From positions 5,151 to 69,150 of the forward strand of contig JAZUIE010000012.1 in NCBI GenBank assembly GCA_045642125.1: a DNA stretch of 64,000 bases, in the 5' to 3' direction. Under the pieces are notes generated by a model. It ran no database searches and was not told the origin of the DNA. It was given only the letters and a program-made list of their open reading frames with translations. This document shows positions 21,754-30,449 of this stretch, piece after piece. The stretch comes from Acutalibacteraceae bacterium (GTDB lineage Bacteria; Bacillota; Clostridia; Oscillospirales; Acutalibacteraceae). The position numbers and the translations under genes were made by a program. Each line of letters begins with the position of its first letter. The stretch's first letter is position 1.

Positions 21754-22665
21754 GTGTATTCATACAAAAAATTAGAGCAAATGCTTAAAGCAAAAGGCCA
21801 TACAAAGTCGGAACTTTGCAAGGTGTTGGGCGTTTCTTCGAGAACTCTCGCAAAAATCGCAAAGGGCGAAAAGATAGCCGACAGAGTTTTGATTAGAATT
21901 GCCGATTTTCTCGGGTGCGGTGTAAACGACCTTTTTGAAAGCATTTCGCAAAACAAGCTTTTAAGTGTTTTAAGGGAAGAAAAAAACGCTAAAATTTCGG
22001 GCGGAATTTACCACGAATTGCAGGTTCGAATGACCTATAACTCAAATCATATTGAGGGCAGTAAACTAAGCGAAGATCAGACCCGTCTTATTTTTGAAAC
22101 AAACACGGTTGATGCCGGTGACGGCGTACCGGTTGACGACATTATAGAAACGGTTAACCACTTTCGTGCTGTCGACTATTGTTTGGATATTGCAAACGAA
22201 GAGCTTTCGGAAGAAATAATAAAAGAGCTTCACCGCATTTTGAAGCAAGGCACTAAGGACGGGACTCTTTTGTGGTTTTCCGTAGGTGATTATAAAAAAA
22301 GAGCAAATGTTGTCGGCGGAAGCGAAACGGCAAAACCAAAAGATGTACCGAAAAAAATGCAGGAGCTTTTAAGTGCTTATAACAAAAAAGAAAACAAAAC
22401 ATTTTTTGATATTGTCAAGTTTCATTCAGATTTTGAGCATATACATCCGTTTCAGGACGGAAACGGCAGGGTGGGACGGCTTATAGCACTTAAAGAATGC
22501 CTTAAAATAAACGAAGTCCCGTTTATAATCGAAGACACTAAAAAAATGTTTTATTACAGAGGCCTTTCAAAATGGAACGAAGACAGCGGCTATTTAACCG
22601 ACACCTGTCTTGACGGGCAGGACACCGTAAAAAGACTCCTTAAAGCGCTTGATATTGAACTGTAA
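21754..22665 (+). CDS. Fic-family protein with N-terminal XRE-type HTH
   Basis: 303-aa ORF with a GTG start. The HTH region is LEQMLKAKGHTKSELCKVLGVSSRTLAKIAKG. The Fic active-site motif is HPFQDGNGRVGRL. An S-x-x-x-E-G inhibitory-helix motif (SNHIEG) lies upstream of the core. Confidence 0.85.
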   Translation: MYSYKKLEQMLKAKGHTKSELCKVLGVSSRTLAKIAKGEKIADRVLIRIADFLGCGVNDLFESISQNKLLSVLREEKNAKISGGIYHELQVRMTYNSNHIEGSKLSEDQTRLIFETNTVDAGDGVPVDDIIETVNHFRAVDYCLDIANEELSEEIIKELHRILKQGTKDGTLLWFSVGDYKKRANVVGGSETAKPKDVPKKMQELLSAYNKKENKTFFDIVKFHSDFEHIHPFQDGNGRVGRLIALKECLKINEVPFIIEDTKKMFYYRGLSKWNEDSGYLTDTCLDGQDTVKRLLKALDIEL

Positions 22666-22847
22666 ACTATATACCGCTAATATTTACTTCGATACTTTCT
22701 AAAGTGCATTTCCGTCTTTTTCGTATATACAAAATCTGTTTTGGCAGTTCATATTTTTACCGAAACAAAAAACACACCTGTATAGTGATAAATATTAAGT
22801 TTTTGTGTGGTACAAACATGGTAGCATAAGAATTATAAAGTATCAAC

Positions 22848-22880
22848 TAAAAAAGACGGTCAGTTTTGACCGTCTTTTTG
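22848..22880. terminator. Bidirectional terminator
   Basis: AAAAAGACGGTC-AGTTTT-GACCGTCTTTTT lies between the convergent Fic and UPF0210 genes. Confidence 0.65.
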
Positions 22881-22891
22881 CTATGTTTAAT

Positions 22892-24250
22892 TTAGTTTTT
22901 AAGGCTTTGCATAGGGGCGGGAATTCTTCCGCCTCTGTTAATGAACTTTTCGGGGCTTTTGCTTAAGTTTATGTCCATAACGGGACCGGCACCCAAAAGT
23001 CCGCCGAAATTAAGTTCGTCACCCACATCCATACCGATAGCGGGGATAACTCTTACGGCAGTAGTCTTTGTGTTGACCATACCGATAGCCGCTTCGTCCG
23101 CTATTATTGCCGAAATTACATTTGCGGGAGTTTTGCCGGGCAAAACTATCATATCAAGACCGACAGAGCAAACGGCGGTCATAGCCTCGAGCTTTTCTAT
23201 CTTAAGAGTTCCGTTTCTTGCCGCCTCTATCATACCGGCGTCCTCCGAAACGGGGATAAATGCACCCGAAAGTCCGCCTACGGACGAAGACGCCATAACA
23301 CCGCCTTTTTTAACGGCGTCATTAAGCATCGCAAGGGCGGCGGTAGTGCCGTGGATACCGCACTGCTCGAGTCCTATTTCTTCTAAAATTCTTGCAACCG
23401 AGTCGCCAACGGCAGGAGTCGGGGCAAGGGACAAATCGACAATTCCGAACGGTACGCCGAGTCTTTTTGAAACAACATTTCCGACAAGCTGTCCCATACG
23501 GGTAATCTTAAATGCGGTCTTCTTAATGATTTCCGCAATTTCTCCCAAATCGCCCGATTCGCATTTTTTAACTGCCGACTGAACAACACCCGGTCCCGAA
23601 ACACCGACATGGATAACGCAGTCAGGCTCACCCACACCGTGAAAAGCACCCGCCATAAAGGGGTTGTCTTCGGGTGCATTGCAAAGGCAAACGAGCTTTG
23701 CGGGGCCTATGCAGTTGTTGTCCTTAGTAAGCTCGGCGGCTTCTTTTACCGTTTCGCCCATAAGCTTAACGGCGTCCATATTTATACCCGATTTTGTCGA
23801 GCCGATATTAACCGAAGCGCAGATATTTTCGGTTTCGGCAAGAGCTCTCGGTATTGCTTTAATAAGCTCTTTGTCACCTGCGGAAAAGCCCTTATGAACA
23901 AGAGCGGAAAAACCGCCTATAAAGTTAACACCCGTTTTATCGGCTGCCCTTTGAAGCGCTTTTGCATACAAAACGGGGTCACCGCCCGAAACGGCAACAA
24001 GCATCGAAATGGGGGTTACCGAAATTCGTTTGTTTATTATCGGGATACCGTACTCACATTCAACATCGTTGACCGTTTTTACGAGATTACCCGCAAGTTT
24101 TGTTATTTTGTTATATACCTTTTCGCAAGATTTTTCTATGTCGGCATCGGCGCAGTCGAGAAGCGAAATTCCCATAGTTACGGTGCGGACATCGAGATTT
24201 TCCTGCTCGAACATATTAACGGTTTCTACAATATCATTAAGATTAAGCAT
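22892..24250 (-). CDS. UPF0210 (DUF711) family protein
   Basis: 452-aa ORF. The N-terminus ...[25 protein letters not shown] is typical of UPF0210. It is paired with the ACT-domain UPF0237 gene, as in many Firmicutes. Confidence 0.8.
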   Translation of the reverse strand: MLNLNDIVETVNMFEQENLDVRTVTMGISLLDCADADIEKSCEKVYNKITKLAGNLVKTVNDVECEYGIPIINKRISVTPISMLVAVSGGDPVLYAKALQRAADKTGVNFIGGFSALVHKGFSAGDKELIKAIPRALAETENICASVNIGSTKSGINMDAVKLMGETVKEAAELTKDNNCIGPAKLVCLCNAPEDNPFMAGAFHGVGEPDCVIHVGVSGPGVVQSAVKKCESGDLGEIAEIIKKTAFKITRMGQLVGNVVSKRLGVPFGIVDLSLAPTPAVGDSVARILEEIGLEQCGIHGTTAALAMLNDAVKKGGVMASSSVGGLSGAFIPVSEDAGMIEAARNGTLKIEKLEAMTAVCSVGLDMIVLPGKTPANVISAIIADEAAIGMVNTKTTAVRVIPAIGMDVGDELNFGGLLGAGPVMDINLSKSPEKFINRGGRIPAPMQSLKN

Positions 24251-24266
24251 AAATATCTCCTAAAAA

Positions 24267-24536
24267 TCAAACATGGTACATCGAGTTAAAAACATCTTCG
24301 TTTATAATGCGGATATCGAGTCCCGTTTCGTCACTTGTTTTTTTAAGGCACTCGGAAAAGTCCTTAAAGGAGCAAGTCAGCTTGTCGTTCTCGGTAAGCA
24401 TTACCATAACGAAAAGGTCTTGCAAAACCGACTGCGAAATATCGATTATATTTGCACCGCACTTTGCGCAAACGGCACTTATTTTTGCGGTAATACCCAT
24501 AGCATCTTTACCTATTACGGTGATAACACTTTTCAT
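24267..24536 (-). CDS. ACT-domain protein (UPF0237-like)
   Basis: 89-aa ORF MKSVITVIGKDAMGITAKISAVCAKCGANIIDISQSV..., lying upstream of UPF0210. Confidence 0.75.
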   Translation of the reverse strand: MKSVITVIGKDAMGITAKISAVCAKCGANIIDISQSVLQDLFVMVMLTENDKLTCSFKDFSECLKKTSDETGLDIRIINEDVFNSMYHV

Positions 24537-24540
24537 AATA

Positions 24541-24978
24541 TCAGTCCTTTTTTTCTTTCTTTATAAGATAATTTCTCAAAACATCGTTAAATGTTTTAAT
24601 TATGAGAGCACAGAAAATTGCCGAGCCGCCCGAAATATAAAAGGGCATATAAAAGCTTCCGGCAACAAGCATTATAAGACCTGCCGTAAAACAGCAGATA
24701 CTCATCTTAAACAGATTTTTTGCGTTCTTTTCGGTTACCACTTCGTCTTTAAGAACATTTCTTAAGAAATTGCGCAGTGAAAAAAGACAAACGGCGGCAA
24801 ACGGAGCGCAAGGATAGCATGTAAGCATAACCACTTTGGCAAGGTCGGCAGGGCGCTGCATTTTTTCGACATACCAAGTTACACCCCACGGCAGAGCAAT
24901 GGCAAGACCTAACAAAACAAGCATTAAAGCATAGGTAATACCGAGCGTTATACGGACACTTTTTTTATAATCGTTCAT
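24541..24978 (-). CDS. DUF2975-like membrane protein
   Basis: Four hydrophobic segments. I prefer the ATG at 24976-24978 (MNDYKKSVRI...), which lies about 11 nt after AAGGA, over the track start at 25080. Confidence 0.5.
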   Translation of the reverse strand: MNDYKKSVRITLGITYALMLVLLGLAIALPWGVTWYVEKMQRPADLAKVVMLTCYPCAPFAAVCLFSLRNFLRNVLKDEVVTEKNAKNLFKMSICCFTAGLIMLVAGSFYMPFYISGGSAIFCALIIKTFNDVLRNYLIKKEKKD

Positions 24979-25205
24979 AAATATCATATCCTTCTTAAAA
25001 AAGTACGGTTTTAAGGACCGTGCTTTTTTGTTTTTTTTACCGAAGACATTATAACAAGAACCGTGCCGGTTTTCAAGCAAAAAACAATTTTCCGTTAAAT
25101 AAATTATGTCGGTGAATGTCGCAAAACAAAACCTTAAGATAAGTATGGCGCAAGGGTAACACCGGTAAAGCCCGAGCGCCTAAAAAAGCGGAAAGGAAAA
25201 AAGTT

Positions 25206-25466
25206 ATGCAAAAAACCGAAGGCTTAAAAAAAGCAGCCGAAAGCTTACTTAAAGAGCAGTTACCGAAAGCCGAAGCAGATTCGCTTAGAAAAGAAGGCTT
25301 TTTACTTAAAAAGCCCAACAGAGAAACGGCACTTTTGATAGCTCTCTACAAAAAAGCAAAAAACGGCGACCTTTCCGCTTTTAAGGAAATACGCAGTATT
25401 GTGTCGGGAGAAAATGCCGATGCAAAAAAGAAAGCGGTGATAATCGTTGACGACATCAAAGCTTAA
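25206..25466 (+). CDS. Phage terminase small subunit, C-terminal part only
   Basis: ALLIALYKKAKNGDLSAFKEIRSIVSGEN resembles the C-terminal region of TerS proteins. The same frame is open only back to 25143 (stop at 25140-25142), so there is no room for the N-terminal DNA-binding domain. Confidence 0.45.
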   Translation: MQKTEGLKKAAESLLKEQLPKAEADSLRKEGFLLKKPNRETALLIALYKKAKNGDLSAFKEIRSIVSGENADAKKKAVIIVDDIKA

Positions 25467-26751
25467 AACCTCTTCGGTCATAGGACAGGGCTATGAAGAG
25501 TTTTGGAACTGCAAGGCGAGATACAGAGTGCTAAAGGGCGGAAAGGCGTCAAAGAAGAGCACGACTACGGCGCTTAACTTTATTTTCCGTCTTATGAAAT
25601 ACGAAAAAACCAACCTGCTTGTTGTACGCCGTATTATGAGCACTCACCGAGATTCAACCTTTGCCCAGCTTAAATGGGCGCAGGAGGCTTTGGGTGTATC
25701 GCACCTTTGGGTCAACACGGTATCGCCTATGGAAATGACCTTCATTCCGACAGGGCAAAAGATACTGTTCAGAGGTTTTGACGATGTATTAAAACTCGCT
25801 TCAACCACCGTATCTAACGGTTACCTTAATTTTGTTTGGATAGAAGAAGCGTTCGAAATCGAGAGCGAAGAAGACTTTAACAAGCTCGATTTATCGGTGC
25901 CGAGAGGAGCCGTCCCCAAAGAAATTTTTAAGCAGACGACACTCACCTTTAACCCTTGGAGTGAAACACACTGGCTTAAAAAACGGTTTTTTGACAAGAA
26001 GCCTAAAAACTGCAAAACCTTTTCGGTTAACTACCTTATAAACGAATACCTTGACAAAACCGATTTGGAAGTTTTTGAGGAAATGAAAAGGACAAACAAA
26101 AGAAAATACGATGTTGCGGGGCTTGGTAACTGGGGAATATCGGAAGGGCTTGTTTACGAAAATTTTTCGGTAGATACCCTTACGGTTAAAAAAGAAGACG
26201 AATACAAGTGGAAAAACTTTTTCGGGCTCGACTACGGGTATTCAAACGACCCTACGGCATTTATCGCCTTTGCCGCAAACCCCATAGACAAAAAGGTTTA
26301 CATCTTTGACGAGTTTTACAAGAAGAAAATGTTAAACTCGGACATAGCAAACGAGATAATAAAGCGTGGCTATAAAAAAGAACGGATACGGGCGGACTCT
26401 GCGGAGCCTAAGTCGAATGACGACCTTAAAAGGCTCGGAATACAAAGAATACTGCCTTCGGTAAAAGGTCGGGACAGCATATTAAACGGAATAGCGCAGA
26501 TTTGCGAATACGAAATTATTGTAAGCCCGACCTGCGTTAACACCATAAGGGAATTATCGAGCTACTGCTACGATAAAACGAAACCCGAAAACGGACAGAT
26601 TATGCCTAAGGACTGCGACAACCACCTTTGTGATGCGTTGCGGTATGCTTTTTATGATGTTAAATTCTTTAAGCCGAAAAAAGAAGAACCGGTAAAGGCC
26701 GACTTTTCGGGTGTTTATAAAAACGATTTTTACAAAGGATGGAATGTATGA
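25447..26751 (+). CDS. Phage terminase large subunit (PBSX/Terminase_3-like)
   Basis: 434-aa ORF with a TTG start. Motifs: GQGYEEFWNCKARYRVLKGGKASKKS (P-loop region), VWIEEAFEI (Walker B-like), and nuclease-half motifs GLDYGYSNDPTAF and DALRYA. Confidence 0.82.
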   Translation: MTTSKLKTSSVIGQGYEEFWNCKARYRVLKGGKASKKSTTTALNFIFRLMKYEKTNLLVVRRIMSTHRDSTFAQLKWAQEALGVSHLWVNTVSPMEMTFIPTGQKILFRGFDDVLKLASTTVSNGYLNFVWIEEAFEIESEEDFNKLDLSVPRGAVPKEIFKQTTLTFNPWSETHWLKKRFFDKKPKNCKTFSVNYLINEYLDKTDLEVFEEMKRTNKRKYDVAGLGNWGISEGLVYENFSVDTLTVKKEDEYKWKNFFGLDYGYSNDPTAFIAFAANPIDKKVYIFDEFYKKKMLNSDIANEIIKRGYKKERIRADSAEPKSNDDLKRLGIQRILPSVKGRDSILNGIAQICEYEIIVSPTCVNTIRELSSYCYDKTKPENGQIMPKDCDNHLCDALRYAFYDVKFFKPKKEEPVKADFSGVYKNDFYKGWNV

Positions 26752-26942
26752 CAGTTTACACAATAATTTGCACATTTTTATTTTCTTTGCTTTTGGGCGC
26801 CGACATACTTTACGGTCTGCTTTTTATAAGAGCCGTTAAGGTGTCGCCCGTAAAGAAAGAACAAAACGGCAGTCTTCCGTTTGCCGAACTAAACGGCGAA
26901 ATTAAAAACTTTTTAAGCTATGACGGAAGCGAACAGTCCTGA
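26739..26942 (+). CDS. Small single-TM hypothetical protein
   Basis: 67-aa ORF overlapping the terL stop, with one hydrophobic helix. There is no other support. Confidence 0.3.
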   Translation: MECMTVYTIICTFLFSLLLGADILYGLLFIRAVKVSPVKKEQNGSLPFAELNGEIKNFLSYDGSEQS

Positions 26943-26958
26943 TTTTCGGAGGTAAGTT

Positions 26959-27246
26959 ATGGAAGAAAACGAAATTATTAAAGAAGAAATTAAAGAAACA
27001 AAAGAAAACGAAAAAGAAACAGAAACAAGAGAGCCTGACGATAAACAAAAAAGGCTCGAAATGTTGGCTCAAAAGAGGGGCGTTACGGTCGAAGAATACC
27101 TATCGGAGCTTGAAAAAAGTCTTATAACAAAGGAAGAAATCGTATCCGCCCAAAACAGAAGCACCGGTTCTCAGACAAAAAACGAAAGTATGGGCTTTGA
27201 CCCTACGGGAACGGAATTTGTCAAGGGAATTTGGGGCAAAAACTAA
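26959..27246 (+). CDS. Acidic helical protein, possible scaffolding protein
   Basis: 95-aa Glu/Lys-rich ORF directly upstream of the capsid gene, with RBS GGAGG. Confidence 0.4.
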   Translation: MEENEIIKEEIKETKENEKETETREPDDKQKRLEMLAQKRGVTVEEYLSELEKSLITKEEIVSAQNRSTGSQTKNESMGFDPTGTEFVKGIWGKN

Positions 27247-27264
27247 AGAAATGAGGAAAATTTT

Positions 27265-28440
27265 ATGTCAATTAATTCAATAGAAAACGCATCAAGATAT
27301 TCAGACGAGCTTGATAAAGTATTTGCGCAAAAGAGTCAGACCGGCTTTTTTGCCGACAACACACTTGCGACTAAATTTGTAGGCGCAAAAACAGTTATTA
27401 TCCCCGATGTTGATTTCCAAGGCCTTGCGGACTACGACCGTGACAACGGCTTTACAAGAGGCGCTATCAATGTTTCAAACACATCTTACACAATGGCTAT
27501 GGACCGTGCCCGTTCACTCTCCATTGACCGTGAAGATATGGACGAAACGGGCATTGCAAACCTTGCCGGTAAGATTTTGGGCGAGTATGTAAGAACAAAG
27601 GTTGTACCCGAATGTGACGCTTATGTTCTTTCGAAGCTTTCCGCTCTTGCAGAAGCGAGAGCAAACACCGTAAGCGGTGATGTTGAAAAGCCTTACGAAA
27701 CACTCTTAAAGCTTATAAGCGAAGTACAAAGCAAGGTAGGTTTTGACGAAGAGCTTGTCGCTTTCGTTGACAGTTCAATGTATGCGATACTCCAAAACTC
27801 TTCGGAAATTTCGCACCTTATCTGCGTATCCGACTTTAAGCAGGGCGATGTTGACTTAAAGGTTAAGACCATTAACGGTGTTGCTATCATTCCGGTAGTT
27901 TCCGAGAGAATGAAGACCGCCTATACCTTTAACAACGATACCGCCGGTGGCTTTACCCCCGATGCAGACGCAAAAGAGGTTTATATGCTCGTATGCCCCA
28001 AGTCGGGAGCGCATCTGGTTAAGAAAACCGAGCAGATGAGAATTTTCACACCCGAACAGAACATTGATGCCGATGCATACAAGTTCGATTACAGAATTTA
28101 CTACGATGTATTCGTTAAGAAGAGCGGACTCGATGCTGTTTGGGCATGGATATCTCCCGACATTAACATTACCGCACAGCCCGAAGACAAAACAGTAACC
28201 GAAGGCTCAATAAGCGGTTCGTTAAGTGTAACCGCACAAAGTGACGGCGACTTAACATATCAGTGGTATTCCTGCAGTGATACCGATATGACCGATGCCG
28301 TTAAAATAGCAAACGCAACCTCTTCTTCGTTTACCATTCCGACAACTCTCGAAGAGGGAAATTACTTCTACTTTGTTAAGATTACCGTTGACTCACTTGC
28401 AAGTACCTTAAGTGATGTTGCGACAGTAACCGTAGAATAA
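27265..28440 (+). CDS. Phage major capsid protein with C-terminal Ig-like domain
   Basis: 391-aa ORF in the capsid position with a strong RBS. The C-terminal ~90 aa (ITAQPEDKTVTEGSISGSLSVTAQSDGDLTYQWYSC...YFYFVKITVD) has an Ig-like repeat pattern. Confidence 0.7.
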   Translation: MSINSIENASRYSDELDKVFAQKSQTGFFADNTLATKFVGAKTVIIPDVDFQGLADYDRDNGFTRGAINVSNTSYTMAMDRARSLSIDREDMDETGIANLAGKILGEYVRTKVVPECDAYVLSKLSALAEARANTVSGDVEKPYETLLKLISEVQSKVGFDEELVAFVDSSMYAILQNSSEISHLICVSDFKQGDVDLKVKTINGVAIIPVVSERMKTAYTFNNDTAGGFTPDADAKEVYMLVCPKSGAHLVKKTEQMRIFTPEQNIDADAYKFDYRIYYDVFVKKSGLDAVWAWISPDINITAQPEDKTVTEGSISGSLSVTAQSDGDLTYQWYSCSDTDMTDAVKIANATSSSFTIPTTLEEGNYFYFVKITVDSLASTLSDVATVTVE

Positions 28441-28509
28441 ACTTAAAACCGTAGGTCTTTGCCCTAAGTCTTTTAGGGCAAAGGCTATTGTCGGGGGAAA
28501 GGAGAAAAA

Positions 28510-30099
28510 ATGATAAATTTAGAGCCTAAAAGCATATATAACGAATACACCCTTTCGGTAGATTTCAAGAATTCTTTGGGTGATAAGGGGCTTTATGAGC
28601 AGACCGACATCAACGAAAGATTTTTTGCGGGTGACCAGTGGTACGGCGCAAAATGCGGAAATTCCCGACCGCTTGTAAGACACAATGTCATTAAAAGAAT
28701 AGGAGATTTTAAGCTTTCGCAGATTTTGGGAAGCGGTGTGGATATAGACTATTCGGTTGACGGCACCGCCGACATAAACCACTCTAAAACGAGTCTTAAA
28801 AAACGGTTTTCCGGCTTAAGGCTTAAGGGTGAACTTTCGAGTGACGAAATAGCCGCCGTAAGGGAAGCCTTTAACAACTACTTTTCGGTTACGGCGCTTC
28901 GCACGGGACTTGACGGACTTTGCGCAAAAGTTTTAAGAAACGCCTATATTTCGGGAACGGGAATCATATATACTTATTGGGACCCCGATGTTAAAACGGG
29001 TATAATTAAAAACTCTGTCCCTGTTACGGGCGATATTAAATGCGAAGTTCTCAATGTGAAAAATGTTTACTTTGCGAGTCCCTTTGAAGAAAATATCGAA
29101 GCCCAGCCCTACATTATTATAGCTTCGGTAAGAGAAGAAAAGGATGTACGGTACGAAGCGGAAAAATACGGCGCAGACGAGTTTACGATTAAAAATATAA
29201 AGGGCGACCGAAACGGCAAAATTCTTGTACTTACAAAGCTTTATAAGGAAAGAAAAGAAGACGGAAGCGAAACGGTTATGTGTGTTAAGGTAACCGAAAA
29301 AGCAACCGTAAGACCCGCTTTTGATACGCTTTTGCGCAGATATCCGCTCTCGGTTTTCAAGTGGGAAGAGCGAAGCGGTCTTGTTTACGGCGAAAGCGAA
29401 ATTACCTACCTTATACCGAACCAAATCGCCATAAACAGAATGATAACCGCAAATGTATGGGCATCGATTTTAAGCGGTATGCCTATGATGGTGGTAAACG
29501 GAGATACGGTAACGGGCGAAATAACAAATGAGCCCGGTCAGGTAGTTAAGGTTTACGGTACAAACGAAGATGTTGCAGGGGCCATTAAGTATGTAACACC
29601 GCCCGACAGCGCAATAAATTTCGGAAACAATGTAAATATGCTAATCGAAAACACGCTCGTTCAAAGCGGAGCAAACGAAGTGGCATTAGGCGACAGCCGA
29701 GCCGACAATATGAGTGCTCTTAATGCCATGCGAAAGGCGGCGGTTATGCCGCTCGAACTCGCAAAAAACCGCTATTTGGGTTTAGTTTGCGATATTGCTC
29801 TTACATGGGCGGACTTTTGGATAACGCAGTACAAACAAAGAAAGATTAAAATTTACGAAAACGGCAGAGCGGTTTATATTCCGTTTAATGCCGACAGATA
29901 TAAAGATTTAAGCTTTTCGGCAACGGCAAAAGAGAAAACGCAAAAAACGGACTCGGAAAAAACTCAGCTTTTGCTTACTCTCTTCGACAAGGGTGTTATT
30001 TCAAAAGCAGAGCTTATAAAAAGACTGCCTGACGGTTTAATTGACGAAAAAGAAGAGCTTTTTTGTGAAAATAAAGAAGAAAAGGGGGAAGAAAAATGA
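28510..30099 (+). CDS. Phage portal protein
   Basis: 529-aa ORF. INERFFAGDQWYG near the N-terminus resembles portal proteins, and the size is appropriate. Confidence 0.65.
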   Translation: MINLEPKSIYNEYTLSVDFKNSLGDKGLYEQTDINERFFAGDQWYGAKCGNSRPLVRHNVIKRIGDFKLSQILGSGVDIDYSVDGTADINHSKTSLKKRFSGLRLKGELSSDEIAAVREAFNNYFSVTALRTGLDGLCAKVLRNAYISGTGIIYTYWDPDVKTGIIKNSVPVTGDIKCEVLNVKNVYFASPFEENIEAQPYIIIASVREEKDVRYEAEKYGADEFTIKNIKGDRNGKILVLTKLYKERKEDGSETVMCVKVTEKATVRPAFDTLLRRYPLSVFKWEERSGLVYGESEITYLIPNQIAINRMITANVWASILSGMPMMVVNGDTVTGEITNEPGQVVKVYGTNEDVAGAIKYVTPPDSAINFGNNVNMLIENTLVQSGANEVALGDSRADNMSALNAMRKAAVMPLELAKNRYLGLVCDIALTWADFWITQYKQRKIKIYENGRAVYIPFNADRYKDLSFSATAKEKTQKTDSEKTQLLLTLFDKGVISKAELIKRLPDGLIDEKEELFCENKEEKGEEK

Positions 30100-30446
30100 C
30101 GGGATATGATGTTTACAAATCGGCGGTTTTGAAACTCGGTATGAACACCGAAAACGGCACCGCCGAAAGAGAAGCAGCCTTTAAGGCGGCGGCTGTCGAT
30201 GCCATAAATGTCATAGGTGACGACCTTGTTAAAATGAAGCCGATTAAAGACCTGCTTGACGAAATAAGCATAGACGAAAAGGGCTTTACCGCTCTTTCTT
30301 ACGGTGTTGCAATGATGCTTTCGGTACTGTATGCCGACACCGAAAGGAATGTTATTATGACCGCCATTTACAACGCAAGGCGCGCGGCATATTTGTCGGA
30401 AACTAAAAATGTGAAAGACATTTCCCCTTATTCTTTGGAGGCGTAG
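30096..30446 (+). CDS. Hypothetical phage protein (116 aa)
   Basis: Translationally coupled to the portal gene (ATGA overlap). Confidence 0.45.
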   Translation: MTGYDVYKSAVLKLGMNTENGTAEREAAFKAAAVDAINVIGDDLVKMKPIKDLLDEISIDEKGFTALSYGVAMMLSVLYADTERNVIMTAIYNARRAAYLSETKNVKDISPYSLEA

Positions 30447-30449
30447 CCT

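Noticed and set aside
18607-22700. A copy of the tRNA-Ser(GCU) 3' end (…GAGTTCGAATCTCTCCTACTCCGCCA) marking the far att site of the islet.
   Set aside because: I did not find one by eye anywhere between 18.6 and 22.9 kb, so the classic tRNA-3'-end att duplication cannot be claimed.
22941-24289. Long plus-strand ORFs (213, 226, 77 and 84 aa) inside the UPF0210 gene. Similar antisense ORFs occur inside gyrB, dnaA, the ABC exporter, the portal gene, the S1 gene, ddh, the EAL gene and the kinase gene.
   Set aside because: They lie opposite well-supported genes, have low-complexity or Arg/Ser-rich translations, have no RBS, and resemble no family. They are typical shadow ORFs.
25073-25318. Minus-strand 81-aa ORF at the left edge of the phage block.
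   Set aside because: It overlaps the terS fragment on the opposite strand, has no RBS, and has a low-complexity translation.
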